From assembly GCA_964536485.1 (NCBI GenBank), contig CAZHXX010000006.1, forward strand, positions 6,777 to 70,776: a stretch of DNA of 64,000 nucleotides, in the 5' to 3' direction. The notes beneath the pieces are model-generated. The model did no database searches and was not told the origin of the DNA. It worked only from the letters and a program-made list of their open reading frames with translations. This document shows positions 36,270 to 44,967 of this stretch, in pieces (position 1 is the stretch's first letter; the number at the start of each line of letters is the position of its first letter). This DNA comes from an uncultured Candidatus Saccharibacteria bacterium (GTDB lineage: Bacteria; Patescibacteriota; Saccharimonadia; Saccharimonadales; SZUA-47). A program made the position numbers and the translations under genes.

Positions 36270-36812
36270 TTACGCCTTCTTTACCTGCAAGCCATCAAGC
36301 TCAACTGGTGTTTCACGTCCAAACATGTTGACCAAAACTTTAAGCTTGCCCTTAGCCGGGTCAATTTCGTTAATAGTTCCGTCAAAGCCCTTGAACGGGC
36401 CGTCAATGATGTTGACCACTTCACCAATAGTAAAGTCAATCTTGTGCTTAGGATCTTCCTTGCCCATTCGTTTCATAATCTTTTCAATTTCGTCTTCTTC
36501 AACTGGGCTTGGGTCGTTTCCAGAGCCAACAAAGCCGGTGACAGATGGTGTGTTGCGCACGATGTACCAAGCATCTTCGCTCAATTTCATCTGTACAAGC
36601 ACATAGCCCTGGAAGATTTTCTTCTCAACAACTTTTCGCTTGCCGTTCTTAATCTCAATCATCTTTTCTTTTGGCACCAATACCTGAAATATCTTATCCT
36701 TCATATCAAGCGACTCGGCACGCTGGCGGATAGACTCAGCTACCTTTTCCTCGTAGCCACTGTAGGTGTGGATTGCGTACCATTGTTTACTTGCGTCGTA
36801 GCGTTTGCTCAT
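36270..36812 (-). CDS. nusG: transcription termination/antitermination factor NusG
   Basis: 'WYAIHTYSGYEEKV', KOW 'GEVVNIIDGPFKGFDGTINEID'. Confidence 0.95.
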   Translation of the reverse strand: MSKRYDASKQWYAIHTYSGYEEKVAESIRQRAESLDMKDKIFQVLVPKEKMIEIKNGKRKVVEKKIFQGYVLVQMKLSEDAWYIVRNTPSVTGFVGSGNDPSPVEEDEIEKIMKRMGKEDPKHKIDFTIGEVVNIIDGPFKGFDGTINEIDPAKGKLKVLVNMFGRETPVELDGLQVKKA

Positions 36813-36829
36813 AATTCTCTCTTCTCTCC

Positions 36830-37222
36830 TTATAAAATAACGTCTCTAAATAACTTATCGAGGCCAAAGTCCAAAAGTGCGATAGCAAGTCCTAGTCCAA
36901 GCGCAAAGATGTAGACAGCAAATACAAGCTTCCAAGTTTCCTTGCGTCCTGGCCAAGACACTTGTTTTAACTCCTGCCATGCTTTCACAAAATAAGAAGG
37001 AGTGATTCGACGACTCTTAGAGAAAAAGCCGGGTGTTTCTTTCTGAGGGAGTACATGGTATTCGGTTTTCAGTGCAGTGCGAATTTTCCCTACTGGGCGT
37101 GCAGCAGTCTCTGCCACTTTTCGAATCCGTTTTGGTTTGTCATGCGCCTCAGCAGCCTTCTGATTCCGCTGACGAAACGTCGTTTTGGTCTTTTTTACTG
37201 ATTCTTCTTTCTTCTTTGCCAT
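36830..37222 (-). CDS. secE: preprotein translocase subunit SecE (with basic N-terminal extension)
   Basis: C-terminal 'FVKAWQELKQVSWPGRKETWKLVFAVYIFALGLGLAIALLD'; AGGAGG SD. Confidence 0.85.
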   Translation of the reverse strand: MAKKKEESVKKTKTTFRQRNQKAAEAHDKPKRIRKVAETAARPVGKIRTALKTEYHVLPQKETPGFFSKSRRITPSYFVKAWQELKQVSWPGRKETWKLVFAVYIFALGLGLAIALLDFGLDKLFRDVIL

Positions 37223-37242
37223 CTGTTCTAGCCTCCTAAAAC

Positions 37243-37270
37243 TAAAAAAGTCTACGATAAAACGTAGACT
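37243..37270 (-). terminator. terminator-like hairpin directly upstream of the secE RBS
   Basis: 8-bp stem 37249-37256/37263-37270, then a T-run (5-6 nt) on the minus strand; no minus-strand gene upstream. Confidence 0.4.
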
Positions 37271-37381
37271 GCGAACAAAGTCAAGTATAGCGTACCTCAG
37301 AAGAACAAGTCAAGATAACAACATAAAAGTGCGCTTCTTGTCCCTATTGTGCCCCTGCCGGTTCTGCTATAGTTATGTGTA

Positions 37382-38860
37382 ATGAACGCGGTTATGTATA
37401 CCATCTTCGTGCTTTCGCTCTTAGCTGAGTTGGCGCTTATCATCCGTCCGCCACAAGCAAAAGTGGCAAAAAGTATCTTCGCCGGTCTCAGTAGTATTCT
37501 CATCGGCTTTAGCGCTTCTAGTCTGCTTGTTACTCGCCCAAGCATCGCTACGCTACTGTGTAGTGCGGTGGGTTTTGCACGGCTTATCAACCCTTTGCGC
37601 ATTGCAGAAGCTCGTATGCACCCAAACGAACTCAAGCGTCGCACGCTGAGAACGTTCATAACACTAGCGCCTGTATCCACCGCACTCTATCTCTATACAA
37701 TCTTCTTGGACAAAAATGTGGCCATTTCACTTTATATATACCTCATCCTTCAGCTAGTGCTCGCTCTTGCCCTCGCCTCGTCGGTCCTTGTTGCTCGCAC
37801 ACTCCACCGCTATCGTCAGGACAAAACGCTCTCAGGCTCTCTGCCAACAGTTTCTGTGTGCGTCCCTGCCCGTAACGAAACAGCCGACTTGCCCGGATGT
37901 ATAGAGTCAATACTGGCAAGCACCTACCCAAAGTTAGAAATTATAGTGCTAGACGACTGTTCACATGACAAAACCCCCGAAGTTATCAAAAAATACGCTC
38001 ACGACGGTGTTCGCTTTGTAAACGGCAAAGAGCCCCGTGAAGATTGGCTTGCCAAAAATGCCGCCTACGACAGGCTAGCAGACGAAGCACGTGGCGATAT
38101 TCTTCTTTTTGTTGGTGTCGACGTGCGTATGGAGCCAAACACTATCAACGAGCTTGTTCGTCAGATGGACGGCGACGACATGCTATCGCTGTTACCTAAG
38201 CGTTACGCAGAGTCTGAAGGAGCATTTTTTATTCAGCCAATTCGTTATTGGTGGGAGTTAGGGCTTTGGCGCTTCGTTTTTCAGCACCCACCTGTTTTAA
38301 GCACCTGTTGGATGATACGTCGCAGGACACTCGAGCGACTTGGCACCTTTGAAAGTGTCAAAAAAGCTGTCGAGCCAGAAGCAATCTTTGCTCGCAAACT
38401 GCTCAAAGAAAAGAGCTACGCGTTTCTTGTCGCAAACAATACCGTCGGACTCACAAGTAGAAAGAGCCCAAGAGACCAATACCTTACCGCTCTTCGTAAG
38501 CGTTACTCGCAAGTCCATCGTCGTCCAGAAAGCGCGCTCATTGCGCTAGGAGTCGAGCTCTTTGTGTTCGTACTTCCCTGGGTAATCGCAGTCTATGCGT
38601 TTTCACAGCACCTTCCGGCTGTGTTTATTTTTTCACTTCTTCATATTGTCATCGTGGCCTTTGCCAATGCAGAAGTCTACAAGCTGGCGCTACAACGCTT
38701 GTGGCCTCTTGGGTTTGTTAGTGCACCTCTTCTCGCCCTTACCGATGTCGTGCTTATGACACGCTCTCTCTACGCATACGAATTCGGGAAAGTCATCTGG
38801 AAAGAGCGAAATATCTGCCTCCCACTCCTCACCGTCGAGAAATCATTGCCAAAATTATAG
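37382..38860 (+). CDS. membrane-bound GT2 family glycosyltransferase
   Basis: 'VSVCVPARNE...LEIIVLDDCSHDKT' GT-A DxD region flanked by N- and C-terminal TM helices. Confidence 0.85.
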   Translation: MNAVMYTIFVLSLLAELALIIRPPQAKVAKSIFAGLSSILIGFSASSLLVTRPSIATLLCSAVGFARLINPLRIAEARMHPNELKRRTLRTFITLAPVSTALYLYTIFLDKNVAISLYIYLILQLVLALALASSVLVARTLHRYRQDKTLSGSLPTVSVCVPARNETADLPGCIESILASTYPKLEIIVLDDCSHDKTPEVIKKYAHDGVRFVNGKEPREDWLAKNAAYDRLADEARGDILLFVGVDVRMEPNTINELVRQMDGDDMLSLLPKRYAESEGAFFIQPIRYWWELGLWRFVFQHPPVLSTCWMIRRRTLERLGTFESVKKAVEPEAIFARKLLKEKSYAFLVANNTVGLTSRKSPRDQYLTALRKRYSQVHRRPESALIALGVELFVFVLPWVIAVYAFSQHLPAVFIFSLLHIVIVAFANAEVYKLALQRLWPLGFVSAPLLALTDVVLMTRSLYAYEFGKVIWKERNICLPLLTVEKSLPKL

Positions 38861-38882
38861 AATTGTAGTATTCTATAGCGCT

Positions 38883-39212
38883 ATGTCACGTATAGATATT
38901 CACGTTCCAGTTGATGTGCGCGAACAGCACGAACAATTCCAGGAAGGAGTTCATGTCGGGCTTGTTTCAGGCTTCCTCACCGTCATAAATGCTGTCGTGC
39001 TTAAATCTAATGATTTTCAGATAGGCTTTAGTAACCCAGCCGAAATAGCTACAACAGCACTAAGCACGACATTATCTTTAGCAACACTCGCAGGTGCATG
39101 CAGATCGGCACGTGCGTTTATCGGGGTACAACGCTTTAAAAACCTTCAAGCAGAACAGCAGTACACTCAGTCCTTCGTCTCAACTGACGCATTAATGACT
39201 GAAAACGTATAA
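38883..39212 (+). CDS. small hypothetical membrane protein (2 predicted TM)
   Basis: 109-aa ORF; no SD; TTGCCA-17-TATTCT-8-ATG arrangement. Confidence 0.5.
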   Translation: MSRIDIHVPVDVREQHEQFQEGVHVGLVSGFLTVINAVVLKSNDFQIGFSNPAEIATTALSTTLSLATLAGACRSARAFIGVQRFKNLQAEQQYTQSFVSTDALMTENV

Positions 39213-39248
39213 ATTCTTAGCTAAAAAACAAAAGTCATAAGGAAAAAG

Positions 39249-39277
39249 TTGACTAAAATACCTAACTATGATATACT
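39249..39277 (+). promoter_or_regulatory. sigma70-like promoter for a leaderless mRNA
   Basis: TTGACT (39249-54), 17 nt, TATACT (39272-77), 7 nt, ATG 39285. Confidence 0.6.
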
Positions 39278-39284
39278 ATATAGT

Positions 39285-39557
39285 ATGTATTCATTTATAC
39301 AAGAGCAGAATGAATCTCTCATAAATCAGCCAGAACAGGATACGATGTTGGTTCGTAATAGACGTGTCGTCGCAGGAATTGGGTTCCTGGCAGCAGGTAT
39401 TTGCGAACTTATGCGTTTCTTTGACGTAGGAAAGACTATCCCAGACGGTACTAGTGCTATAGAAACTATAGGGTCCACAGCACAATTTGCTCTTGAGTGT
39501 GCTATCATAGGTGTATCGTTAGCTGTTCTAAACAAAAACCACCCAAAGCAACCATAA
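39285..39557 (+). CDS. small hypothetical membrane protein (2 predicted TM)
   Basis: Track ORF (TTG at 39249 is actually the -35 box) trimmed to ATG 39285, 'MYSFIQEQ...'. Confidence 0.5.
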   Translation: MYSFIQEQNESLINQPEQDTMLVRNRRVVAGIGFLAAGICELMRFFDVGKTIPDGTSAIETIGSTAQFALECAIIGVSLAVLNKNHPKQP

Positions 39558-39651
39558 CTTACAATAGAATGCTTACTTGACGGCTGGAAGGAAGATTAAG
39601 AAGGTTATGTCTTGGCACAGCTCAGCATCGATAAGGCATAGTATTTAAAAG

Positions 39652-39680
39652 TAGACAGCATTATAAAATAGTGATATAAT
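39652..39680 (+). promoter_or_regulatory. sigma70-like promoter for a leaderless mRNA
   Basis: TAGACA (39652-57), 17 nt, TATAAT (39675-80), 7 nt, ATG 39688. Confidence 0.6.
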
Positions 39681-39687
39681 AAATTTT

Positions 39688-40050
39688 ATGAATACCCCAC
39701 TTTCACCTGAAGCAGAAACGCAAGAAGCATCATTAACCATTGATGATGCTATACGACACCATCAAACTGAGGCTAAAAAAAGCCGTAAATTTAAAGTGAT
39801 GAACTACCTTGCTGCTTCATCTTTTGGTACTTCCATAGTTGCGCCCATTGTTTATAAGTTAGAAAATGATTTTAGCTTTCAAGCAAAAGATGTAATCCTC
39901 TACGCGGTCAGTGGAGTTTTTGCAAGTTTTTTTGTCGCTCGTGCTAATAGTCACAGTTCGGACGCTAAATTGCACGAACAGGTTGCTGCAGGATTAATTG
40001 TTCAGCAAACTCTTGCAAACCAACAGCTACAAGTACCACCTGTACAGTAG
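39688..40050 (+). CDS. small hypothetical membrane protein (2 predicted TM)
   Basis: 120-aa ORF. Confidence 0.5.
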   Translation: MNTPLSPEAETQEASLTIDDAIRHHQTEAKKSRKFKVMNYLAASSFGTSIVAPIVYKLENDFSFQAKDVILYAVSGVFASFFVARANSHSSDAKLHEQVAAGLIVQQTLANQQLQVPPVQ

Positions 40051-40063
40051 AGTCCCTGCTTAA

Positions 40064-41176
40064 TTACTTCAGATTTGGGAAGAAAATAGTGAAGGTAGAG
40101 CCTTTGCTCAGCTCTGATTCTGCATGTATTTCTGCATGAGCAAGCTGTGCGAGCTTTCGCGTCACATGCAAGCCAAGTCCGGTGCCGTTTTGTTGGCGTG
40201 TGCGGTAATCTTCAGAACGGAAAAACTTATCAAAGACTCGGGCCAGGTCACCCTTGCTAATTCCAATCCCTGTGTCAGACACGGCAAACTGCACGCCATT
40301 TTTCATTTGTTTGGCATGAATCGTCACACTTCCCGCTTCTGTGTACTTTATGGCGTTGGTAATAAAATTCTGCATTATCTCCTGAACGTAGAGTTTAGAG
40401 CTGTGCAAGAGCTCTAGCGTTGGGTCAAGCTCTGTTTTAAGCTCCAAGCCTTTCTTCTGAGCGTCTGGTTCGTACATTGCCTGCAAGGATTCAACAAAAT
40501 CGTGTGCATTTATATCCTCAAGATTTTCTTCCAGCACTCCACGTTCTGCTCGAGAAAGAGTTGAGAGGTCGTTTATCATATCTTCTAGATACAAAGCCTG
40601 TTTGTGTGCGTTTTCGAGAGCTTCTTTTATCTTTTCAATATCGCCAGTCTTTTCAGCCAAAAAGAGCGCGTTCCCTACAGCCCCCTCGGTAATCGCTACC
40701 GGAGTGCGTAGCTCGTGGCTGATAACGCTAATAAATTCATCGCGTTCTTCTTCAAGCGACTTTTCTCGTGTAATATCACGAATGATAATCACAAACCCGC
40801 TGTCGCCTTTTTTGCCGTAGCCCAAATGCACAGGAGAAACGCTCAGGTAGAGACTCGCCACACTACTGTCGTTGTAGCGAATTTTGTAATCACGGCTGAT
40901 GAGTTGTATTTTCGCACCAAGAACAATGCTTCGTGTATCAAGCGGGTCGCCATTTTCGTTGGTGAGTTTGAGTACCTTTTCAATCGGGTCACCCTTCTGG
41001 ATAGCGTTCACATCGAGAACGTCCAATGCCGCCGCGTTATAGAGTGCAATTGCCCCATTCATATCCGTGGCGATAACACCGTCAGACATGCTGTTAATCA
41101 AACTCTCAAGTCGCTGGTGTTCAAGCTGGGCATCTGCCACTGCTTGCTTTGTCATTTTGGGAATTTTTGTTGCCAT
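40064..41176 (-). CDS. cytoplasmic sensor histidine kinase (PAS plus HisKA plus HATPase_c)
   Basis: H-box 'FISVISHELRTPV', N-box 'QNFITNAIKYT', 'SDTGIGI', 'GTGLGL'. Confidence 0.85.
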   Translation of the reverse strand: MATKIPKMTKQAVADAQLEHQRLESLINSMSDGVIATDMNGAIALYNAAALDVLDVNAIQKGDPIEKVLKLTNENGDPLDTRSIVLGAKIQLISRDYKIRYNDSSVASLYLSVSPVHLGYGKKGDSGFVIIIRDITREKSLEEERDEFISVISHELRTPVAITEGAVGNALFLAEKTGDIEKIKEALENAHKQALYLEDMINDLSTLSRAERGVLEENLEDINAHDFVESLQAMYEPDAQKKGLELKTELDPTLELLHSSKLYVQEIMQNFITNAIKYTEAGSVTIHAKQMKNGVQFAVSDTGIGISKGDLARVFDKFFRSEDYRTRQQNGTGLGLHVTRKLAQLAHAEIHAESELSKGSTFTIFFPNLK

Positions 41177-41314
41177 TAGCTGTATTGTAGCATGATTCGA
41201 TAATAGATGATTGATGTTAGAAAATCGTAAAAAGGAAGCAGATGTAACTCTTTAAACCCCCTACTTTCTGTGCCAAAATGCATCGAGCGTCAAAAGTCGC
41301 TACTCACACATCAC

Positions 41315-42010
41315 CTAAACAACACTGGTTTGCTTCGTTTTTAATATTTTTCGAGCATTCTTGTAGGTAGGATAGAGTTTTTCAACAAGCTCCCAAAAAG
41401 ACGGCTGATGATGGTGATGAAGTGTATGCGCCAGTTCGTGACAGATAACGTAGTCAATGAGCTCCCACTCAAGCTGTATGAGATACGAATTAAAACTGAG
41501 GTTGTTTCTGTTGTCGCAAGCCCCCCACCGGCTTTTGAGTTTCTTTATTGTCACGCTTGCACAGCCAATCCCACTTTTTTCACTTATCATAGCCACGCGT
41601 TGTGGGATAAGTCGCTCCGCTTCCGAAAGTAGGGCTTTTTCGCAGGCTTTTCGCAGTGTTTTCTGCGCTTCGGTACTACTTGCCCTCACTCCCTCCGGTA
41701 GGGTCACGCGTATTTCTGTATCGGTCACTTTTGTATGTGAGCGAGTGCTAGAGCCCTGTATCACCAACAAGCGGTGATTTTTCCCGATGTGCTGTCCACT
41801 TGTAAGTATGTTGACAGGCTTTATGTGTTCAAGAATCCAGTCTCGTTTTTGCAGGACGAACCGCTTCGCAAGCATTTCAGGAATGCCATAGGGGACGCTC
41901 ACCCGCAACGTCCCATCACCTTTCATAGACAAGCGAATACTGCGTGTTCCTTTACGTTTTGCAAACACGATAGGGACATCAATTCCGTCAATAACAACAT
42001 GTTTCTGCAT
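41315..42010 (-). CDS. YgjP-like (DUF45) zinc metallopeptidase
   Basis: 'SRWGACD..NNLSFN..L......IDYVICHELAHTLHHHH'. Confidence 0.8.
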   Translation of the reverse strand: MQKHVVIDGIDVPIVFAKRKGTRSIRLSMKGDGTLRVSVPYGIPEMLAKRFVLQKRDWILEHIKPVNILTSGQHIGKNHRLLVIQGSSTRSHTKVTDTEIRVTLPEGVRASSTEAQKTLRKACEKALLSEAERLIPQRVAMISEKSGIGCASVTIKKLKSRWGACDNRNNLSFNSYLIQLEWELIDYVICHELAHTLHHHHQPSFWELVEKLYPTYKNARKILKTKQTSVV

Positions 42011-42053
42011 AGACTAATAATACAGGCGCAGGGGTGATTATAACGTGTAAGAC

Positions 42054-42716
42054 TTAGCGGATATTGATATTGCGTCGTGACATATCAACACGACCTTGAA
42101 GCGTATTGCGTGGCACAAGATTCACGAGCCCCGGCATAGCTACTTTGTCTTGGGCCTGAATCGTCTGAATATATCCAAGTTCCATTAACTTCTTAAAGAA
42201 AGACGTTTGCTGGCTTGGGTACGTATGGCGCCCACTCACTACAACATAATCTTCAGTAGACTCTGGGTGTTGCATATGAGTAATGTAGCGCTTAAACATA
42301 TCGTAGCTGTATTCCATGGCATACTTGTCGTCTGCCTTGCGTCGGTCACGCTTCTGGGTACGGTCATAAGCCGTCTCTGCATCCATCTGGAACCACACAG
42401 TTATCGTCTTGGCACCTTTCTTGCGGGCCATTTCGCGGAGTTGTGCACGCGTACTTTTGCGCATCGCATTGGTGTCATAAATAACATTAATACCCGCAGA
42501 CAAAAATTCTTCGCTCATATACTGCATCAGTTGCGTTACAATGCCATTCTCTTGGCGGTCATAACGAGGCTCTTCAAACAGTTCAAAACGGATTTTATCA
42601 CCATGCACATGAGCACATGCCAAATTTTCTGAGAGGTTTCGTGCAAAGTGTGTTTTCCCTGCACCAGGAAACCCATACAAGAGAATAAACAGGGGTTTGT
42701 TAGTCTGCACTTTCAT
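42054..42716 (-). CDS. P-loop kinase/ATPase (zeta-toxin/AAA_33-like)
   Basis: 'LFILLYGFPGAGKTHFARNL' Walker A; ~220 aa. Confidence 0.6.
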   Translation of the reverse strand: MKVQTNKPLFILLYGFPGAGKTHFARNLSENLACAHVHGDKIRFELFEEPRYDRQENGIVTQLMQYMSEEFLSAGINVIYDTNAMRKSTRAQLREMARKKGAKTITVWFQMDAETAYDRTQKRDRRKADDKYAMEYSYDMFKRYITHMQHPESTEDYVVVSGRHTYPSQQTSFFKKLMELGYIQTIQAQDKVAMPGLVNLVPRNTLQGRVDMSRRNINIR

Positions 42717-42749
42717 GTCTATTAGTTATAACAGATACAACCCTATGTT

Positions 42750-43170
42750 TCAATCATTGTCACTGACATTATTGTGCTGGCTCCTTGCAAGCACGGCAAA
42801 TACGCTATTAGTCCAGCCAAAGCCCGTTTGCGAGGGGTAGACACCGCTCAGTGGAGGTCTCGTTGGGCTAACGACATTATATTTTCCCAGAAATGTCCCA
42901 TGGGCAAGAAACCACTCCAAGTTTGTTTTGATCCACTTTTCAGAGATACGTTTGGCGACATCATGGTATCCATAGTTTCGCAAACCAGTAATAACAATAT
43001 AATGCAGTGGCGCCCATCCGTTAGGGTAAGCCCACTAACGTCCCGCTATCTTCCGTTACTCGTCTACGCAACGTGTCCCAATAAGTATCAATGTAGCTTA
43101 GCGCGCGCTGGATATTTTCTGCCGTGGCAGATTCGTAAGGCTTTTTGTAGAGAGAAGGTAGCTTTGGCAT
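42750..43170 (-). pseudogene. trehalase (GH37) remnant with the catalytic core deleted
   Basis: Own translation: the N-fragment 'MPKLPSLY...ALSYIDTYWDTLRRRVTEDSGTLVGLP*' runs straight (with a +1 frame change) into the C-fragment 'PNGWAPLHYIVITGLRNYGYHD...GKYNV...QTGFGWTNSV'. Confidence 0.75.
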
Positions 43171-43229
43171 ACTATAGTACTCTATCAAAACTATTCTTTA
43201 GTGTGTGTAGAATTTTGTACAGACGTGCG

Positions 43230-43826
43230 CTACCAGTGCATGGCATCGTCTATATCGCTTTGCACTTGCCGAATCGCCTCGTCAACTTCCTGTCCATCGG
43301 CCACCCTGTCTTCAACTTGTTCGGCAAAGTTATGTTGTTGGGCAATGTTCGTGTTGTTTTGAAGCTCTTTCATTTGCTCTCCAAGCAAATCACACAGTCT
43401 CTTAACCAAATTGAGCTTTTTGATGTCTTCACCAGCTTGTTTTGCATTGTCCATATAGTCTATAGCGCTCTGATTCATCACCAGCATCTGTTGAATGGTC
43501 TCAACCTTATAAGGGTCATCTGCAGGGTGAGACTGTAGCGCTTTAAGCGTAGAGAATCTTGTCTCAGACGCATCAAGGTAGGCGTTCGCCTTATCGACGT
43601 CAGTTTTTGCGTGCCTAATCTTCTGGCTTTCTAAGAGCCTGCCTAGCGGATCTTTTTCTAGGCTGTAGCGTAGTGACGTTTTGTGTACCACTACCGCGCT
43701 GAGAGCTGTCAAGCTCACCACAACAAGGACAGCCACAAATGCCGAGCGGAACGGATGACTAGTAATAGCGTGTAAAAAGGCAAGGTGTTTCTTTTTGGGG
43801 CTCTTTTCTGCGGATTCAGTACTCAT
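43230..43826 (-). CDS. hypothetical membrane-anchored protein
   Basis: 198 aa, N-terminal TM, helical remainder. Confidence 0.55.
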   Translation of the reverse strand: MSTESAEKSPKKKHLAFLHAITSHPFRSAFVAVLVVVSLTALSAVVVHKTSLRYSLEKDPLGRLLESQKIRHAKTDVDKANAYLDASETRFSTLKALQSHPADDPYKVETIQQMLVMNQSAIDYMDNAKQAGEDIKKLNLVKRLCDLLGEQMKELQNNTNIAQQHNFAEQVEDRVADGQEVDEAIRQVQSDIDDAMHW

Positions 43827-43953
43827 CTCACATCACTTTCGTATTACGTCTATGACTTTAAGTATACGCCCTGCTAAATACTTTTTAAAAGCTCATCATT
43901 CAAGCAATAAAGCTCGTGATTATTTTGTCATAAAATGCTATAATAAAATTCTT

Positions 43954-44451
43954 ATGAGCCTCGATTACTTACCAGAATCGTTAGAAAGAGCAAAGCCAGT
44001 GACCTGTGATAACTGTGCTACTTGTTGCAAGGCCGGTCGTTTCATTATCGGTTTAACAGATGCAGAGGTAAAAGAGTTAGAAGCTAAGGGAGCTCTTCTA
44101 ACGCCTCAAGGAAGGAAAAAGAGGCACATTCTTCTGGGAGTAGTAAGTCGCCGAGCCGCTACTGAGATCCGCCAAGACTACGTAATGGCCAATGACTGTC
44201 CGAATCTAGTTGACGATAGGTGTGTCGTGTACGGTCAAGAGTCGCCAGTACGTCCTGGTGCATGCCAAGAGTTTACACCTGGATCCATAAACTGTCTGGA
44301 AGCAAGATTCAAAGAAGGTATCGGAGACGTCGAAGATTATTACTTACCTCTCATTGATAGCGGGCAAGACTCGCCAGAAGGCCAACTTGCAATCTACAAA
44401 AGCCTTGTAGCTTATCGAGCCCAGCAACAGGCCGGAACAAAAGTAGCTTAA
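43954..44451 (+). CDS. YkgJ-type cysteine-cluster (CxxCxxCC) protein
   Basis: Track ORF trimmed to ATG 43954; 'CDNCATCCKAG', later 'CPNLVDDRCVVYGQ..RPGACQEF'. Confidence 0.6.
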   Translation: MSLDYLPESLERAKPVTCDNCATCCKAGRFIIGLTDAEVKELEAKGALLTPQGRKKRHILLGVVSRRAATEIRQDYVMANDCPNLVDDRCVVYGQESPVRPGACQEFTPGSINCLEARFKEGIGDVEDYYLPLIDSGQDSPEGQLAIYKSLVAYRAQQQAGTKVA

Positions 44452-44475
44452 TCACAGAGCGCAACAACTGTGCAC

Positions 44476-44967
44476 TTACCACAAATGAAATGGTATCGGT
44501 ACCAAGTCTGTGAGCCATTGCTTCGGGCAATCGTCAGAATATATCTTTGCAACCGTTTCAACACCCTCGCCAAGCGGTGAATTTTTCTGAAGTTCAATAT
44601 AGTAGTCGCATTGAGAAAAAGCCTCGCCGGCTTTCGGTTCAACTATATGGTAAAAATAGTTGCTGTCAGAAGAAGTCCTAAATTCCTCGCGCAATGTATC
44701 TCCGTTAATGAGTTCGTCAAGGCTTGTTCCCCACGAAGGCAAAGAGGCCTTATCTTCTTTGTAGGTACGAGCAATAGTTTTTGCATCAGCACGGAAGTCG
44801 CTGAGTAGCGCTTTGTTTCTTTGTTCAAAAATAATGTGCCCAACAACCCCAGGAAGCAAAAAGAGTAAATAGACCGCCAAAAGAACGAGTGTTGCTATCC
44901 CAAAGCCTTTCACGTATCTGTTTTTGCCAAAATATGTCCCTTTTCCTTGTGCGTTTGACTTGCTCAT
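44476..44967 (-). CDS. hypothetical membrane-anchored protein
   Basis: 163 aa, one TM; ATGA overlap with the upstream gene. Confidence 0.55.
   Translation of the reverse strand: MSKSNAQGKGTYFGKNRYVKGFGIATLVLLAVYLLFLLPGVVGHIIFEQRNKALLSDFRADAKTIARTYKEDKASLPSWGTSLDELINGDTLREEFRTSSDSNYFYHIVEPKAGEAFSQCDYYIELQKNSPLGEGVETVAKIYSDDCPKQWLTDLVPIPFHLW

Noticed and set aside
36243-36914. 223-aa + strand ORF
   Set aside because: Antisense to nusG and the secE 3' end. The NusG motifs are on the minus strand.
37297-37680. 127-aa minus-strand ORF
   Set aside because: Antisense to the N-terminal TM region of the GT2 gene, with no RBS or motif.
42774-43538. 254-aa + strand ORF
   Set aside because: It spans the trehalase remnant and the 3' part of the 198-aa gene on the opposite strand. 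The trehalase similarity on the minus strand explains the open frame.
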